DNA of 64,000 nt from assembly GCA_002269645.1 (NCBI GenBank), contig NIVC01000068.1, positions 434,001 to 498,000 of the forward strand. The letters are read 5' to 3'. The translations under genes were made by a program, and so were the position numbers. The stretch's first letter is position 1, and every line of letters starts with the position of its first letter. Shown here piece by piece: positions 31,889-44,427 of this stretch. The stretch is from Macrostomum lignano (Eukaryota). The notes under the pieces are model-generated. The model did no database searches. It saw only the letters and a program-made list of their open reading frames with translations, and was not told the origin of the DNA.

Positions 31889-34266
31889 TTAATTAGACCG
31901 ATTAGCCTGGACAACTTGCGGCCGGTGCAGGTACTTGTGCGGTATCGCTCTTGGCCGGCACTGGCCGGGCGAGTCCGGGTCAGACGAGCCAGCGGCCGAG
32001 TGTGGCGAAGATTCTACAGCTGCTGCCGCAGCCGCCGCTGCCAAATCGACTACGACAAGTCGCTGGGAGGACAACGACAAATTGGAATCCTTCTCGGCTG
32101 CGTCCTCGTCGTCAATTGGCTGCTGCTGTTGTTGTTGTTGCCGATCAGCAGGCTGGCTGGTGTCCTGCGGCGTGAACGGGCTGATCATGACGGCTGGCTG
32201 AGGCTGCTGCTGCTGCAACAGGCAACGAGCCGCTTCTGTAGAGCAGGGCCTGTGCTCAGAGGAAACAGCAATAGACTGAGACTGATTTGGATTCTGCTCT
32301 TGCTGCTGCAGATTTGATTGGCCTTCGATGCGTTCGATGGCCATCATTAGGTGCTCGAGTCGCTTAGGCTTTGTAGGCAGGGGATGCTGCTGATGCTGTT
32401 GCTGCTGATGTTGCTGCAGTTGGTGAACAGGCGGCTCGATGACGAATTGCTCATAGTCAGGCTTGACAGCTAGTTGGAAGGTTGGATGCTGCTGCTGCTG
32501 CTGCTGCTGCTGGGGCTGCGCCCGAATAATAGTGTGATTGCCCTGCTGCTGGAAGTAGCCAATGTAGACTCCGCCGCCGCCGCCGCCGCCGCCGCCTCCT
32601 CCGTCGCTGTCGTCAGGAGCGGCGGGCAGTTTACGCTTTCTTAGCGCAACATCAGATGCGGCTAGAAGCACATCGGTGTTACGAGGCTGCTGCGGCGGTT
32701 GCTGCTGATGTTGCTGCTGCTGCTGCATCTGCGACAACTGGTCGCGCATTCGTCGATTTTCGCCAACAAGATGTTGAATGTACTTGGACGTTAGTTGTAG
32801 AATGGCTGCCTGAAATGCGTTGAAATTGTGTGCAACCATTTTTTACACGAGTTGACTTACTAAAATAGAAGCAAGTCGGATTTGTTAAGGCCGGTTTTCC
32901 AACTATTTTTAAGGGTGCACATACGAGCAGCTAGAAAATGCGCGTACAAAAATCTACTATTTCTACTGAGGAAGTATCTCAGTAGTATAGTGCGCGCATT
33001 GCGTACATTTCAGTGCTTTAGGGAACTTGGCAGTCTGACAGACCCTAAAATAATCCTAGCCTATTGCACATTAGTGCCACACTGGCTAAGTCCTAAGTTT
33101 AAACAGCTGACCGGGGATAGGGATTACCCAGACACACACTAGGACACCGTTAATACACTGGATTTTCCTTTAACCTACCTTGCTTAACTTTTCGCCATCT
33201 TCGGTTGGCAACAGAGTCTTGAGCGACTCGAAGCCAGAATTGATGCTTTGCATTCGACGCCGCTCGTTGCAATTGGCGATTTCTCGCCGGGACCGCTTCT
33301 CCGATCCGTGATACGGGTCTCCCTTCTGGGAGTTGCCAATCAATCCGACAGATCTGAAATTTATTTAATATAAAATAAATTAAATAAAATTCGTAACCAA
33401 TCAAAAGCTAAAGTAAATTTCATAACCTAAAGCTGCAGATTGCAGCGATCAGAATGAACAATTTACAACTCTACAACTCATTGACAGCACTCGGGGTAAT
33501 TTTATTTTACAAAAGAGACAAGTCAAGTTGTTAATATGGATTTAAGTATTGATTTGCTTCACATACTTAAGCTATTTGCTAACCACTGCCGCATACCCCT
33601 GTAGGATATAGGGCTACGTGAAATGGGGATTAAACAAAATCATTCAAGCCAAAAAAGGAGAACTAATTTACCTATTTAATCTATTTAAAGGCTTAGAAAC
33701 TTCGAAAAGCAGATAATTTATCGTGTAAAAAAGACTTTTATTTTAATTTGATGGATAGAGGCAAAGTAATAGTCAACGTACAGTATAGGGATGTACTGTG
33801 CTATGTACGTGTACAGGAAGTTATTGCTAAAACTGAACTGTTCGAAAGCATTTACAGCATTCAAAATCTCCAAAAAACTCTTTTTATTACTGCATATCGA
33901 TTATTTTGATAGTGCTTTTGTGGTTTTAAAGTGTTACGAGCTGGCATAGTCACACTAAACGGTGATGGTCAACTACATTCGTTAACATTGCGAATCTGAA
34001 TTGAAATGCTAAAATATAAAGAAAAAAATATAATTTTTGTAGACAGCCATAGAAACAAACGTAAATTGCTAAATTTCACCTTCATAACAAATAAAATTAA
34101 GCTAGATGTTGAATTGAAAGCTTGTAGAGAGCTGTCAAAGGAATTATGTTGTACTTCGGATGCAAAAACGTGACAATTTCACTTACCGTCGAACTTTTTT
34201 AAACAATTCGTCAGGCATATCAGACAAAGAAAGCTTTTCTTCGTCGATCTCAGAGTATGTTGACAT
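31889..34266 (-). CDS. TFAP4: Transcription factor AP-4 (cropped) bHLH-ZIP, 391 aa. Exons 34266-34187, 33353-33179, 32809-31889
   Basis: Spliced translation RREIANCNERRRMQSINSGFESLKTLLPTEDGEKLSK|AAILQLTSKYIQHL matches the diagnostic TFAP4 bHLH. Exon 1 is MSTYSEIDEEKLSL. GT-AG junctions with phases 2 and 0 are consistent. C-terminus has poly-Q, poly-G and poly-A tracts. Confidence 0.93.
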
Positions 34267-34607
34267 TATTTCGATGTTTTAAGAATGATTTTGTCGAATG
34301 TCAATGAACTGCGGATAAGCTGGGATGCAAAATAGTGACAGACAACGTGGGTCACCCTATACACGTTTCGATTGCGGGAATTATAGTTAGCTATTGCTTT
34401 ACAGACGTTATTCTTTAGCAAAAATTGACCTTTATTTCTGTACATTGACATGTCTTAAAATTTTACAGGCATGTAATTTAATGTATGATAAGGAAGTGTA
34501 TTGATTTTTATTTCGATCGGATGTTTGGTTCAGAAGATATAAACAGATAAAGTTGCGCTGGGAACTACTTAATAGGGTGATGTAGAGCTGGGGCAACGCC
34601 GACTAAA

Positions 34608-34617
34608 ATCAGCTGAT
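34608..34617. promoter_or_regulatory. Palindromic AP-4 E-box ATCAGCTGAT upstream of TFAP4
   Basis: Exact match to the known AP-4 site consensus (AWCAGCTGWT), 342 bp upstream of the ATG. Function untested. Confidence 0.35.
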
Positions 34618-35189
34618 CAGGAGACAGCAGAGTTGGCTGCTCTCTGGTTGGCTGCAGAGGTGGGCGGCAGTCTGACTAATGGGGGTTGAAGTTGAGGGGG
34701 TTGAGCCTGAGGGCGGCCTGCAGGCTGCCCACGCACTTGGCACTCACACAAGAGGGCGTGACGATATGAATGTACACAGGCCTTCATTCCTGCCTTAGTT
34801 AACCCTGCCGCCCCCACAAATTTGACAAGTCTTGTCTGACAGAAGAGATTTCTGGCTTCACTCCCAGTGTTCACTTTTTAAGTCTAGCCGTTCCAAGCAA
34901 TTTATACAATAAATGCTTCATCCAGTACGTTAAAACGTGTGCAAAAGTATCAAGTACTTGTGAAAAGTGATGTACATAGACAAACTTGGATTCGCTTCCG
35001 GCAAAATGAACGCGATTAAGTTTTCAATTTCATCACTTCAGTATTCGATCCGAATAAATACAAACTACATCTAAGATCTAAATTATAAATGTTTTGTCGG
35101 TGAAATGATTCCAATTTGGGAATATGTCTCAACTTAAAGTCAAGGATCACAAAACTCGTAATTAACTCAAGCCATATAAATTCAATATG

Positions 35190-35878
35190 AAAATATGTTC
35201 AATCCTAAGGGACGGAAGACCCTGGGTGCTGACTGTGTCGACCGACATCCCAGTGGACCTGACGTGCCGCGGCGCAGACAGGCAGACAACCAAGCTCGCA
35301 TGCTGCCAACAGTTCACCTACCTAGGCAGTCTGTTGCCCCATGTGGAGGAAGACCTCCAGCGGCACAGAGGACTTGCCTGGATGGCCTTCTGTTTGATGC
35401 AGGCTGTCCTCCAGTCCGAAGCGCTGCCTGACCGCCAGAGGGCTCAGCTGTGGCAGGCGGTGGTTGAAACCGTCCTGCTATACAATGCCAACACGTGGAC
35501 ACTGACAGCGACGCTGGAGTGGCAGCTGGACTCGGCGCACTCAGGACTGCTCCATGCAGCCTTTCAAGCTGACGAGAGCATCGGGACCGAGGCCCTTTAT
35601 GATCGGGCCAAGCTGGAACGCCTGTCCATTATCTTGTGCTGGCGGCAACTTCAATTGGCGGGACACGTGATCTGAGACAAGGGCTACTGCCCCCAACCTG
35701 TTCAGGATTCCCTGCTGCTCACCTTGCAGGGCCCATTAAGGCAGGGTCAGGCCCAAACCTGTTGATACATGGACTGCCTGCTATGCCCACTCTCAAGCTC
35801 TGTGGTGTGCTATCTGATGCACCCTGCTCTAACTGTGTGTGACCTTACACACAGGCCTGCATATTTTGTTGTTGTTGT
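35190..35878 (+). mobile_element. 5'-truncated RTE-clade LINE (3' end of ORF plus 3' UTR, (TTG)n tail)
   Basis: CQQFTYLGS...ETVLLYNANTWTLT motifs of the RTE RT C-terminus. 3' end CTGCATATTTTGTTGTTGTTG is shared with the copy ending at 51273. Confidence 0.85.
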
Positions 35879-36951
35879 CAAAATCAAATAAAAAACCACT
35901 ACCTATACCCTACACTTAGCATTGTTATGCCTCAACAACCCACAGAGGTTTTTTGCTAAATTCATGTTTTTAAGTTGGGCCCTACTTAATTTTGACAATT
36001 TATAGAAACATTATAATAAAAAAATCTGAATAATTATAAAATCATTGACTTCCTAAATGTTCCAAATGAAATATGAATAATAAATATGAGACTTGAAAAA
36101 GCATTCTTTAAATATACCAAAGCTTCAAAACATAAAAATTATAGTTTTAAACTTAGTCTGCATAAAATCATTTATGCCAGAAATGCCAAGTATCAATTTC
36201 AATTAAGAACTTATACTAATATCTTAATATATTATGAAGAATAAAATCAAATAGAAAAGCATGCTTGGTTCAACTGCTATTTACAAATTATTAAATATAG
36301 AGTTAATATTAGTGTAAATATCTCTACATCAAACATAGACCCAGTGCTATATACATTTTATATTTTATACTATCTATTTGTTATATCTTAAAATGTAAGC
36401 TTGCACACAAACATGGGTAACTGCCAAGAAATTAAACTAATCTTGCTAGTGTCAATTCTGGCAAACCAAGGGTGAATAGCAAAATTGATAGCATTTAAAA
36501 TTGTGGCAAAAATTAGACATTTTTATTTTTTTTAATTGATAAGAAATTGGTGATTTTTACTTTGCTTTTTGGAAAAGCGACAAAAGTAAATTGCATGGTT
36601 TGTGTAATTTTATTTGGATTATTCATAAAAGATCATATGCTAATTGATTTTTTTTAAAATTATCATTGTAAAAAACAAAAACAAAAAACAAGACTAAAAA
36701 TATATATACTTAGTTAATTAGCAATGTTATTAACTTCATATCTTCATGTATCTTTTGTTTGCATAAAAGCTTTCTAAATTTAAAGTTTTCCTTCTTCAGT
36801 TTTTATGCTATAGTTAATGTATTTTTAAGTTCTTTTAACCCCTTTACACAAGAAATAAATCTAAGAAAAGCTAAAATTTGAATCTGGCATAAGCTAAATA
36901 AAATCTAGATTATGAAGTCTTAAAAACTTAATTTGTCTTTTGGCATTTCAG

Positions 36952-37324
36952 CACATGCTTGGGTGAAACCTAGGGATTCATTTGGCCATTTCTATTGGCA
37001 ACACATACATGTAAGTCGCTATTGGATGGAATAGTAGTCATGTGACTACTCTTAGCCAATAGCAACTTACATGTATGTGTTGCCAATAGAAATGGCCAAG
37101 TGACAAGGACGTAGGGAGGGGAGATAGGGGGGATGTATCCACCCCAAAGAGCCTGACCAAAACTTTTTGTTGCCCTTTGTTGCTATACATGCTATCATGT
37201 GAATCTGTCATAGCACTTTTACCTTGGTGTATCCCCCCTGTAGAAAATTCACCTTGGTATATCCCCCCATAGGAAGTTCCTGGCTATGCCCCTGCCAAGT
37301 GATTCCCAAGGTTGTGCATATGTG
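36952..37324. mobile_element. Palindromic (fold-back) MITE-like element interrupted by a second MITE
   Basis: Arms 36982-37025 and 37056-37099 are 43/44 reverse complements, with central hairpin AGTAGTCA-TG-TGACTACT. Looser outer arms continue to 36952 and, after the insertion, to 37324. Confidence 0.75.
37104..37294. mobile_element. 191-bp hAT-like MITE with 8-bp TSD
   Basis: Direct repeat CCAAGTGA at 37096-37103 and 37295-37302. Imperfect termini CAAGGACGTAGG... / ...GGCTATGCCCCTG. Confidence 0.75.
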
Positions 37325-37519
37325 TTTCAACATTAGTGGCAAAATCAAATGTCATTTAGGGGTATTAAATATGAGGTCAGAATTATGAGTTAAAAATGAG
37401 ATAATGATAAGACCTTATTTTACTATTAGTAATAGTGACAACTAACAATTAATGTTAAAAGTATAAGATTATCTAAAAATAAAAAATCCCAAAATCTTCC
37501 TAAATCCATATACTAAAAA

Positions 37520-37940
37520 TGAGTTGCTTGTTTGTACGAAATCGATTATCTGGTCACTGGTCACTTTCTGTTGCAAGGAAAATTGGTCAATTTGTTAAGA
37601 ATTTGAAATTCTGCATTCCCAGCTCCTTATGGGCCGGTGTCATTTACCAATTTCAATGGTCTGGCAACCAGAGTATCACCTACATAGGTGATAATACCCA
37701 ACACCTGTATGTGAGAAGTAGAGAGAACATAGACAAAAGATGTTGGCCATGCACGACTACTTGATGATATGCAAAGAATGTTGTGACAGCCAAATTGACC
37801 AAAAATTTTCTACCATCCATATGTGCTTAAATGAATATAGACTAAAAGTGCTTGAGTCACTATACATAAAATTGCATAAACCAATTCTTAATAAGCAACT
37901 TGCCAATCATGGTGCCAGTGCTTTCCTTAGAGTATTCTAG
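37520..37940 (+). mobile_element. Penelope-like element remnant (GIY-YIG endonuclease C-terminus, frameshifted)
   Basis: GVIYQF...TYIGDNTQHLYVRSRE, then LKVLESLYIKLHKPILNKQL...LRVF*, typical of PLE termini. Confidence 0.8.
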
Positions 37941-37959
37941 GTGTACACTTGTGCTCATC

Positions 37960-37974
37960 TCACTCTCACTCTCA

Positions 37975-38018
<44 letters not shown>

Positions 38019-38025
38019 TCTCTCT
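37960..38025. repeat. (CT)n microsatellite
   Basis: Read directly. Confidence 0.9.
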
Positions 38026-38333
38026 TCCCTCATTGCAACTCTGTGAGTGCTCTGCCAGAAAGTGCAATCTACTGTTAATTTATATTTTTTTCTGACTTTA
38101 TTGACCCATTTTTTGTCTAAATTGCTAAATAAAAGTAAATAAACAAATATCCTATATACTAAAAATGCTAGCATAGATTTGCATAACAAAAAATGATTGC
38201 GCTCACTTTCTTAATTTTGCTTTTCATCAGACATGCAACTTTACCACAGTACTTCCTAAATACTATTTTTGTTTAGGCCCAATATTTACAAATTTTTTTT
38301 TATAAATACTATTTTTTAATTTTTTTACTTTTT

Positions 38334-38620
38334 AGGGGTTGTAGCCTAGTGGTTAGAGCTTCAGACTCACAACTTAAAGGTCAGGGGTTTGATTCTTGAC
38401 TCACCTGAAACAATTTGTATCTTTGAGCAAGACACTAAACTCTGCATTGCTTCAGTTCACCCTGCTATAAAATGGTACTAGCATTAGCTAGGTAATTGAG
38501 GTTATATGGCGACCCTCCCAGTCGTTGGACTGAACAGCCATATGCAGCCTTCAGATGCACTATGCAATAGCTGCAGCTGAGCTGTTGGTTGCACATCTGT
38601 CTATTAAGACAGGTGTAATC
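38334..38620 (+). mobile_element. tRNA-derived CORE-like SINE, full-length diverged copy
   Basis: GGGGTTGTAGCCTAGTGGTTAG head, CTTTGAGCAAGACAC core, and 3' body GGACTGAACAGCC...GCAATAGCTGC shared with the other copies. Confidence 0.85.
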
Positions 38621-39511
38621 AATTGAATAAAAAAATAAAGTTTCAAAAACTTATCAGTTATCCATTCATTAAAAATAGATAGGCCCTTATTAGGCCTAAT
38701 AATAAACTATCCAATTAAAGAAACACAATAATTTATTAAAATATTCTATTTAAACATAAAATTCTCTTTTCATTAGATATAAAAATTTTGTTCAATGTGT
38801 TTTTCATATTTCTTTAAAACATTATAATAAACATAACTACACATGAAAAATGGCACTTTACCTTATTATATAATTATTTTTATTTTATTATTTTATTATT
38901 TTTACATAACTAGCAACATCTCATAAAAAACTGTATAATAAATGCAGCCAAATTTTATTTCCTGTCCAATTGAATCCATTAAAAGTTTAAACATTTAAAA
39001 ATTTAAAAAGCAAAAGTCAATTTGGTGACAAGAAAAATACCCTTTGGTGATGGCTATTTTGTTTTTAATAGAAAATTAACTTGAAAATCTTAAGGGACAT
39101 TGAAGACTTTTCAATAATTTTCTGTAATGGTTAGATATTGCTTTATTTACTTTTGTTTATTAACACTTACAGAATTGCAATCTTTTGAATTTATGTTTTC
39201 CGAATCCAATCTGCTTTTCTCATGGTTGGCATGTCATGAGGATTCTCTATAGGTTTATGGTTTATGTGTCTGAATATTTTGGGATAATTCAAAACGATCT
39301 GCACAAAAACAAAACTATATAATTGATTTGGTTTGATTTCTTTTCTTACATAGGCATATAGGTAATCAACCAAAATTTTCAAATTTAAATAAAACATAAG
39401 TCTTAACAAAATAGCTACAAGCTGATATTTTGAAGCACCTACTGTCACTAAAATGACTATAATCATAAAATATTTAGTTTTTTTTAATTAAGTGTGTCTT
39501 TAACAAAAGCA

Positions 39512-39590
39512 ACTTGTCACTGAAAAGACTTTTTGTCACCGAAACGTCTGTCACCGAAACAACTTGTCACCGAAACGACTGGAACCCATA
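39512..39590. repeat. Short degenerate repeats (TGTCACCGAAAC x4), probably a MITE terminus fragment
   Basis: Four imperfect units ending GACTGGAACCC; the partner end was not found. Confidence 0.4.
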
Positions 39591-40299
39591 ACTTTAGGGG
39601 GAATTCTAACTTTACTGTTACGTACTGTTACTGTTATTAAAAATATAATACTACTGGCGAGCCTAAATAAAATGATTTTATTCACTAACTAGCAAAATAG
39701 ACATACTTTTAAAGTTTAAAATAGGCCTAGACAAAGGCTAAAGCTGTAGTTTTTATATAAACAATTCATTAAAGATCACATAGGAATAATGACCAAAGTT
39801 TCAATTAAAGTTCTAGAACTAATCGATAAGAACTCAGCAGAGTTAACAATAAACTGGGTAGGCGGAGGCCTGGTCTAGTTTCTAGTAGCTGGAAAACGGC
39901 AAGACAAAAAAGGAATAATATCAGTCATACATTTAGTACAGAATGAACTGCATTTGATACTAGTACGTATTATCCTATTCCAAAAATAAATCGCTTTTCC
40001 TGTGTTGTGGGAGTGACATCTTATCCGCTGAACTAATAAAAATAGTATATAACTTTTATTAATCCCTTAATCGTTAACAGTTTCTTAGATATTTCCTATA
40101 ATATAAAATGTTAAAACTAGAAAATATTTTAACAAAAAATTGATATTTTGCTATATAACTACGCATCTTGATATCTTATTGCAAACTTTTTCAGTATGTT
40201 TACAGTTTTTTCATTATACTTTTAGATTTTAAAAGTTTTTTGTAACGTAGCTTTATTATGAACTCTTTTGGTTTTTGTTAAAGTTTGTTTGCTCACTTT

Positions 40300-40390
40300 T
40301 TATTGGTTGTCATATATATCACGTGAGCAAAACTAACCAATGGCAATGCAGTCACTAACTGCAATGCGTTTCGCAAAGCATTGGACTGAC
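40300..40390 (+). promoter_or_regulatory. Candidate HMGB promoter: three CCAAT boxes and a CACGTG E-box
   Basis: ATTGG at 40302, CACGTG at 40320, CCAAT at 40337, ATTGG at 40380. Putative 5' UTR intron 40515-40861 (CAG|GTGAG ... TTTCAG). Confidence 0.5.
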
Positions 40391-40883
40391 TAAGCTACGA
40401 AAGCAAGCCTTGCCTATCTCCCTAACGTCTGACGAGCCCTGCATTGCATTGCCTTTGCCTACCATTGCAACTGACTAGCGTCCATACTCCATAGGATTCT
40501 ATACATTTTCGCAGGTGAGCATTACATTATATTTCTTTTAGCGTCAATGTAATAGTCGTTGATCCTAGGTTCAAATGTGCATCTTAAGTCAATTAGCCTT
40601 CATTCTATTAGCTGTCAATGTTTTAGTAACTGTTATTTCCCTTTTTTCTTCCTAGTGTATTTAGATAGGCGAATTCAAACAAATCGAGTTGCCAGTTCAA
40701 TCAGGCCTAGACAGACTCAGAAATCGTAATCAAATTTAGCTGCTATTAAAAAAAGTTTAAAAAAGAAAAAATCAAGTCATCTTTTTTACTTTTTTGTCGT
40801 TTTTGTCATCAAAATATTGAAAGAAACTTAGTAATTCTCAACTTATTAATTTTTGTTTCAGTTTTAACTATCCAACAATCAAG

Positions 40884-41638
40884 ATGGTTAAAGACAAGAA
40901 CAAGCCCAAGGGTGCGATGACCGCGTACGCGTGCTTCGTTCAAGTGATCCGCGAGGAGCACCGCAAGAAGCACCCAGACGAGACCGTGGTATTCTCCGAG
41001 TTCTCCAAGAAGTGCGCCGAAAAATGGAAGACAATGAACCCGAAGGAGAAGAAACGCTTCGAGGACATGGCAGCCCGCGATAAGGAGCGTCACAACCGCG
41101 AGATGGAGGACTACGTGCCCGCCGACGGCAGCAAAGGTCGCAAGCGCAAGCGTGTCAAAGATCCCAACATGCCTAAACGTCCTCTATCCGCGTTTTTCTT
41201 CTTCTGCGAAGAGGAGCGCCCAAAAGTTCGCGCCAGCAATCCAGACTGGCGAGTTAGCGAAGTTGCCAAGGAGCTGGGCAGGCGCTGGGAGGCTTGCAAA
41301 AACCGGCCCCGTTACGAGCAGCAGGCCGCTCGCGACAAACTTCGCTACGAAGAGGTAAAGTATTTGATCAAAGTAAAAGTCTATTTTCTAGGAAATCATC
41401 ACATTTTGGCGCCGATTTGAAATTGTTTAAATTTAATTAATTAATTTTCTATGAACGCTGCCCTGTTATGTACCAATGCCGAACCCTTCCCCGGCCATTC
41501 GAACAGGACATGAAGCAGTACAAGGCTGGCACCTTCGTCGCATCCAAACGGGCCAAAGCTGACGCCACCGGTGACAACGGCGCGAACGCCGGCGACGACG
41601 ACGACGATGAAGACGATGAAGAAGAAGACGACGAGTAA
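40884..41638 (+). CDS. HMGB: High-mobility group B protein (two HMG boxes plus acidic tail), 200 aa. Exons 40884-41354, 41507-41638
   Basis: KPKGAMTAYACFVQ...FSEFSKKCAEKWKTM and KDPNMPKRPLSAFFFFC boxes. GT-AG phase-0 intron. DDDDDEDDEEEDDE* tail; AATAAA overlaps the stop codon. Confidence 0.97.
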
Positions 41639-42404
41639 ATAAAATTATTAATTTGTCCCCGAGTTTCATTGTGGTTTTTTTATTAACAGCAACAGCTTTG
41701 CGTAGCAGAGTTTTAAAAAGACAAGTTCAGTCCGCAGCACATTGTCTGTTGTTTATTAAAATCCCATTTTTAATTGCGTGTCGTTCCTGTGACAAAGAAA
41801 GGCTGGAATTAGTAAAGCAAGTTTATTATCTTTTTAAAAAAATTGTTGGTTTTTACTTCATCAAGTTTCTAAACACCCTACTGATTAGTGAGTGGCGAGT
41901 AGTATGATGCGAAAGTTCATCCGGTTCTCTCTGGCCCACCCTTTAAATCCCACGTGTTCGGCTGTTGTTGTGTGTTTTTTCTGTTTAAAAAAAAGCAAAA
42001 CTTTCTCCGTTAATTCATCCGTCTGTCTCTGCTGCTTCAGTCCGAGGCGCGATATTATTTTGTCATTTAATTTGTCTCTCTCTGTTGGAGTTGCACTGTC
42101 AGATATGAAACTGTCACTTGTTCAGCATACAATATTAAAAATGAAAAGTTATTCCCGCGAAATAAAATAGGGGGATTTTGTCTGTTTTTTTTCATGGGAT
42201 CAGCTATTTTGGCTTTAAAGCCACACGTTTTATTTGGGCCAATTGTATTTATTATATTGCTGCACAATTATAATATACTGGTGATTATTATGTCTAATTA
42301 TTAAGCTAAATATAATAAAAAATTAATAAGCTGTTTTTAAATGCATAGTTATTGTGCTGAGAAATCAGCTTCGGTAAGTTCGTATATACTGCATTCTTGC
42401 ATCT

Positions 42405-42695
42405 ACTCGCGACTGAAAGGTCAGGGGTTCGATTCTTGACCAATTCGGAACAACTTTTGTCCTTGAGCAAGACACTCAACTCTGCATTAATTGCTTCAGT
42501 TCATCCAGCCAACTGTAAAATGGGTGCCAGCATTAGCTGGGGTTTTTGAGGCTGCGTGGCGATCCCCTGCAGTCCTTGGACTGAACAGCCGTACGCAGCC
42601 TTCAGATGCGCCGCGCAATAGCTGCGGCTGAGCAGTCGGTTGCATACACTGTACATGTACATATCTGCCTATTAGGGCAAGGGTGCAATCAAGTT
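42405..42695 (+). mobile_element. tRNA-derived CORE-like SINE, 5'-clipped copy
   Basis: B box GGTTCGATTC, core and 3' body match the 15578-15882 copy. Confidence 0.85.
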
Positions 42696-43119
42696 GAGGC
42701 GGCAGCATGAGAAGCTGCTTAAAAAAAGAGGGCAATGTCTAAACAATCTGAAAATAATTATCAAGAGTTGCACATGCACAGATTTATATACATTTTAAGT
42801 AACTGATCGAACGTCTTCAATATTGCAGTTTATTGTTTGTTGTTGTACAATTCGGAAATTCGGGATACACCATATTACATGTACATGTAAGTACTGTATA
42901 CATGTACGTAATAACATGTTTTGTGCTAGTTAGTATGTACATGCAATCTAAAAACTACATGTACATGTATAAAAGAGAAACAGCTCGTATCTATAAAATA
43001 AAGGAATTTACATCATGTACATCCTGTTTAGGTTTTTTTATTCTACTCATAGACCGTGAAGGTTTTGACCACCAGCCTTACTTGCAAATTGTAGCTATAG
43101 CTAGGAGATGTACATGTAA

Positions 43120-43960
43120 GGGTGGGCGCCCCTGTGGCAAGACATAAAGGGCACATATGCACCAAGAGACAAGGGCGCCCACCAAGCCACAGGAGCATCC
43201 ACCAAGACACAGGGGCGCCCACCAAGAGACAGGAGCATCCACCAAGACCACCGGAGCATCCACCAAGACACAGGAGCATCCACCATGAGACAGGAGCATC
43301 CACCAAGACACAGGAGCATCCACCAAGACACAGGAGCATCCACCAAGACACCATCCACCAAGACACTGCAGGAGCATCCACCAATTGACACAGGGGCGCC
43401 CACCAAGAGACAGGGGCGCCCACCAAAACACAGGGGCATCCACCAAAGAGACAGTGGCGCCCAATCAAAAGACAGCTGGGGCGCCCACCGATACAGTGGC
43501 GCCCACCAAGACACGGGCATCCACCAAGAGACAGGGGCATCCACCAAGAGACAGGGGCATCCACCAAAACACAGGGGCGCCCACCAAAACACAGGGGCAT
43601 CCACCAAGAGACAGGGCAATCCACCAAGAGACAGGGGCGCCCACCAAAACACAGGGGCGCCCACCAAAACACAGGGGCGCCCACCAAAGCACAGGGGCGC
43701 CCACCAAAACACAGGGGCGCCCACCAAAACACAGGGGCGCCCACCAAAGCACAGGGGCGCCCACCAAAACACAGGGGCGCCCACCAAAGCACAGGGGCGC
43801 CCACCAAAACACAGGGGCGCCCACCAAAACACAGGGGCATCCACCAAAACACAGGGGCGCCCACCAAAACACAGGGGCGGCCACCGACACAGTGGCGCCC
43901 ATTAAGACACAGGGGCGCCGACCAAGAGACAGGGGGGCACCCACCAAGAGACAGATGAAG
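43120..43960. repeat. 20-bp GC-rich minisatellite (CCACCAAAACACAGGGGCGC)n
   Basis: Read directly. Explains seven overlapping spurious ORFs. Confidence 0.93.
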
Positions 43961-44427
43961 ATACTTTAAGTATTGGACACTTAATGATATACAATCATAA
44001 TAGTTAATGCAATATAAAAGTTCCTCCATTCCGATCAAAAGAAACGGCGTGCATGTTTGGCATCCAATGTACATGGCCATGCTTGCAAAAAAGGCACAAT
44101 TGTGGCCATTGGGGGTCTTTTAATTTTTAATCACGCGTAAGTATCATGCACCGCGGCCGGTTACGAGAGCCACGTACCTGACCTATATATTTAACAGTAT
44201 AAATCAATTAGGAAATCAATTAGGAAATTTACAAAATTTTGCTTATTTATCCTATAACAGCTATATAATTATAAAGCACGCCATTTGGACAGTGCATTGA
44301 ATTGTCAACGTGCCTACAGACTAAATTACCAATGCAGTCGAGCCTATTCACAGATAAATATGCGGGCTCAGCACTTGGTCCAGTTAACCCCATCTCAAGC
44401 AGTCAGAGCCAGTCCACCTGAAGCAGT

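Noticed and set aside
43043-44080. Cluster of Cys/Trp-rich and HQ-rich ORFs
   Set aside because: All derive from one 20-bp minisatellite.
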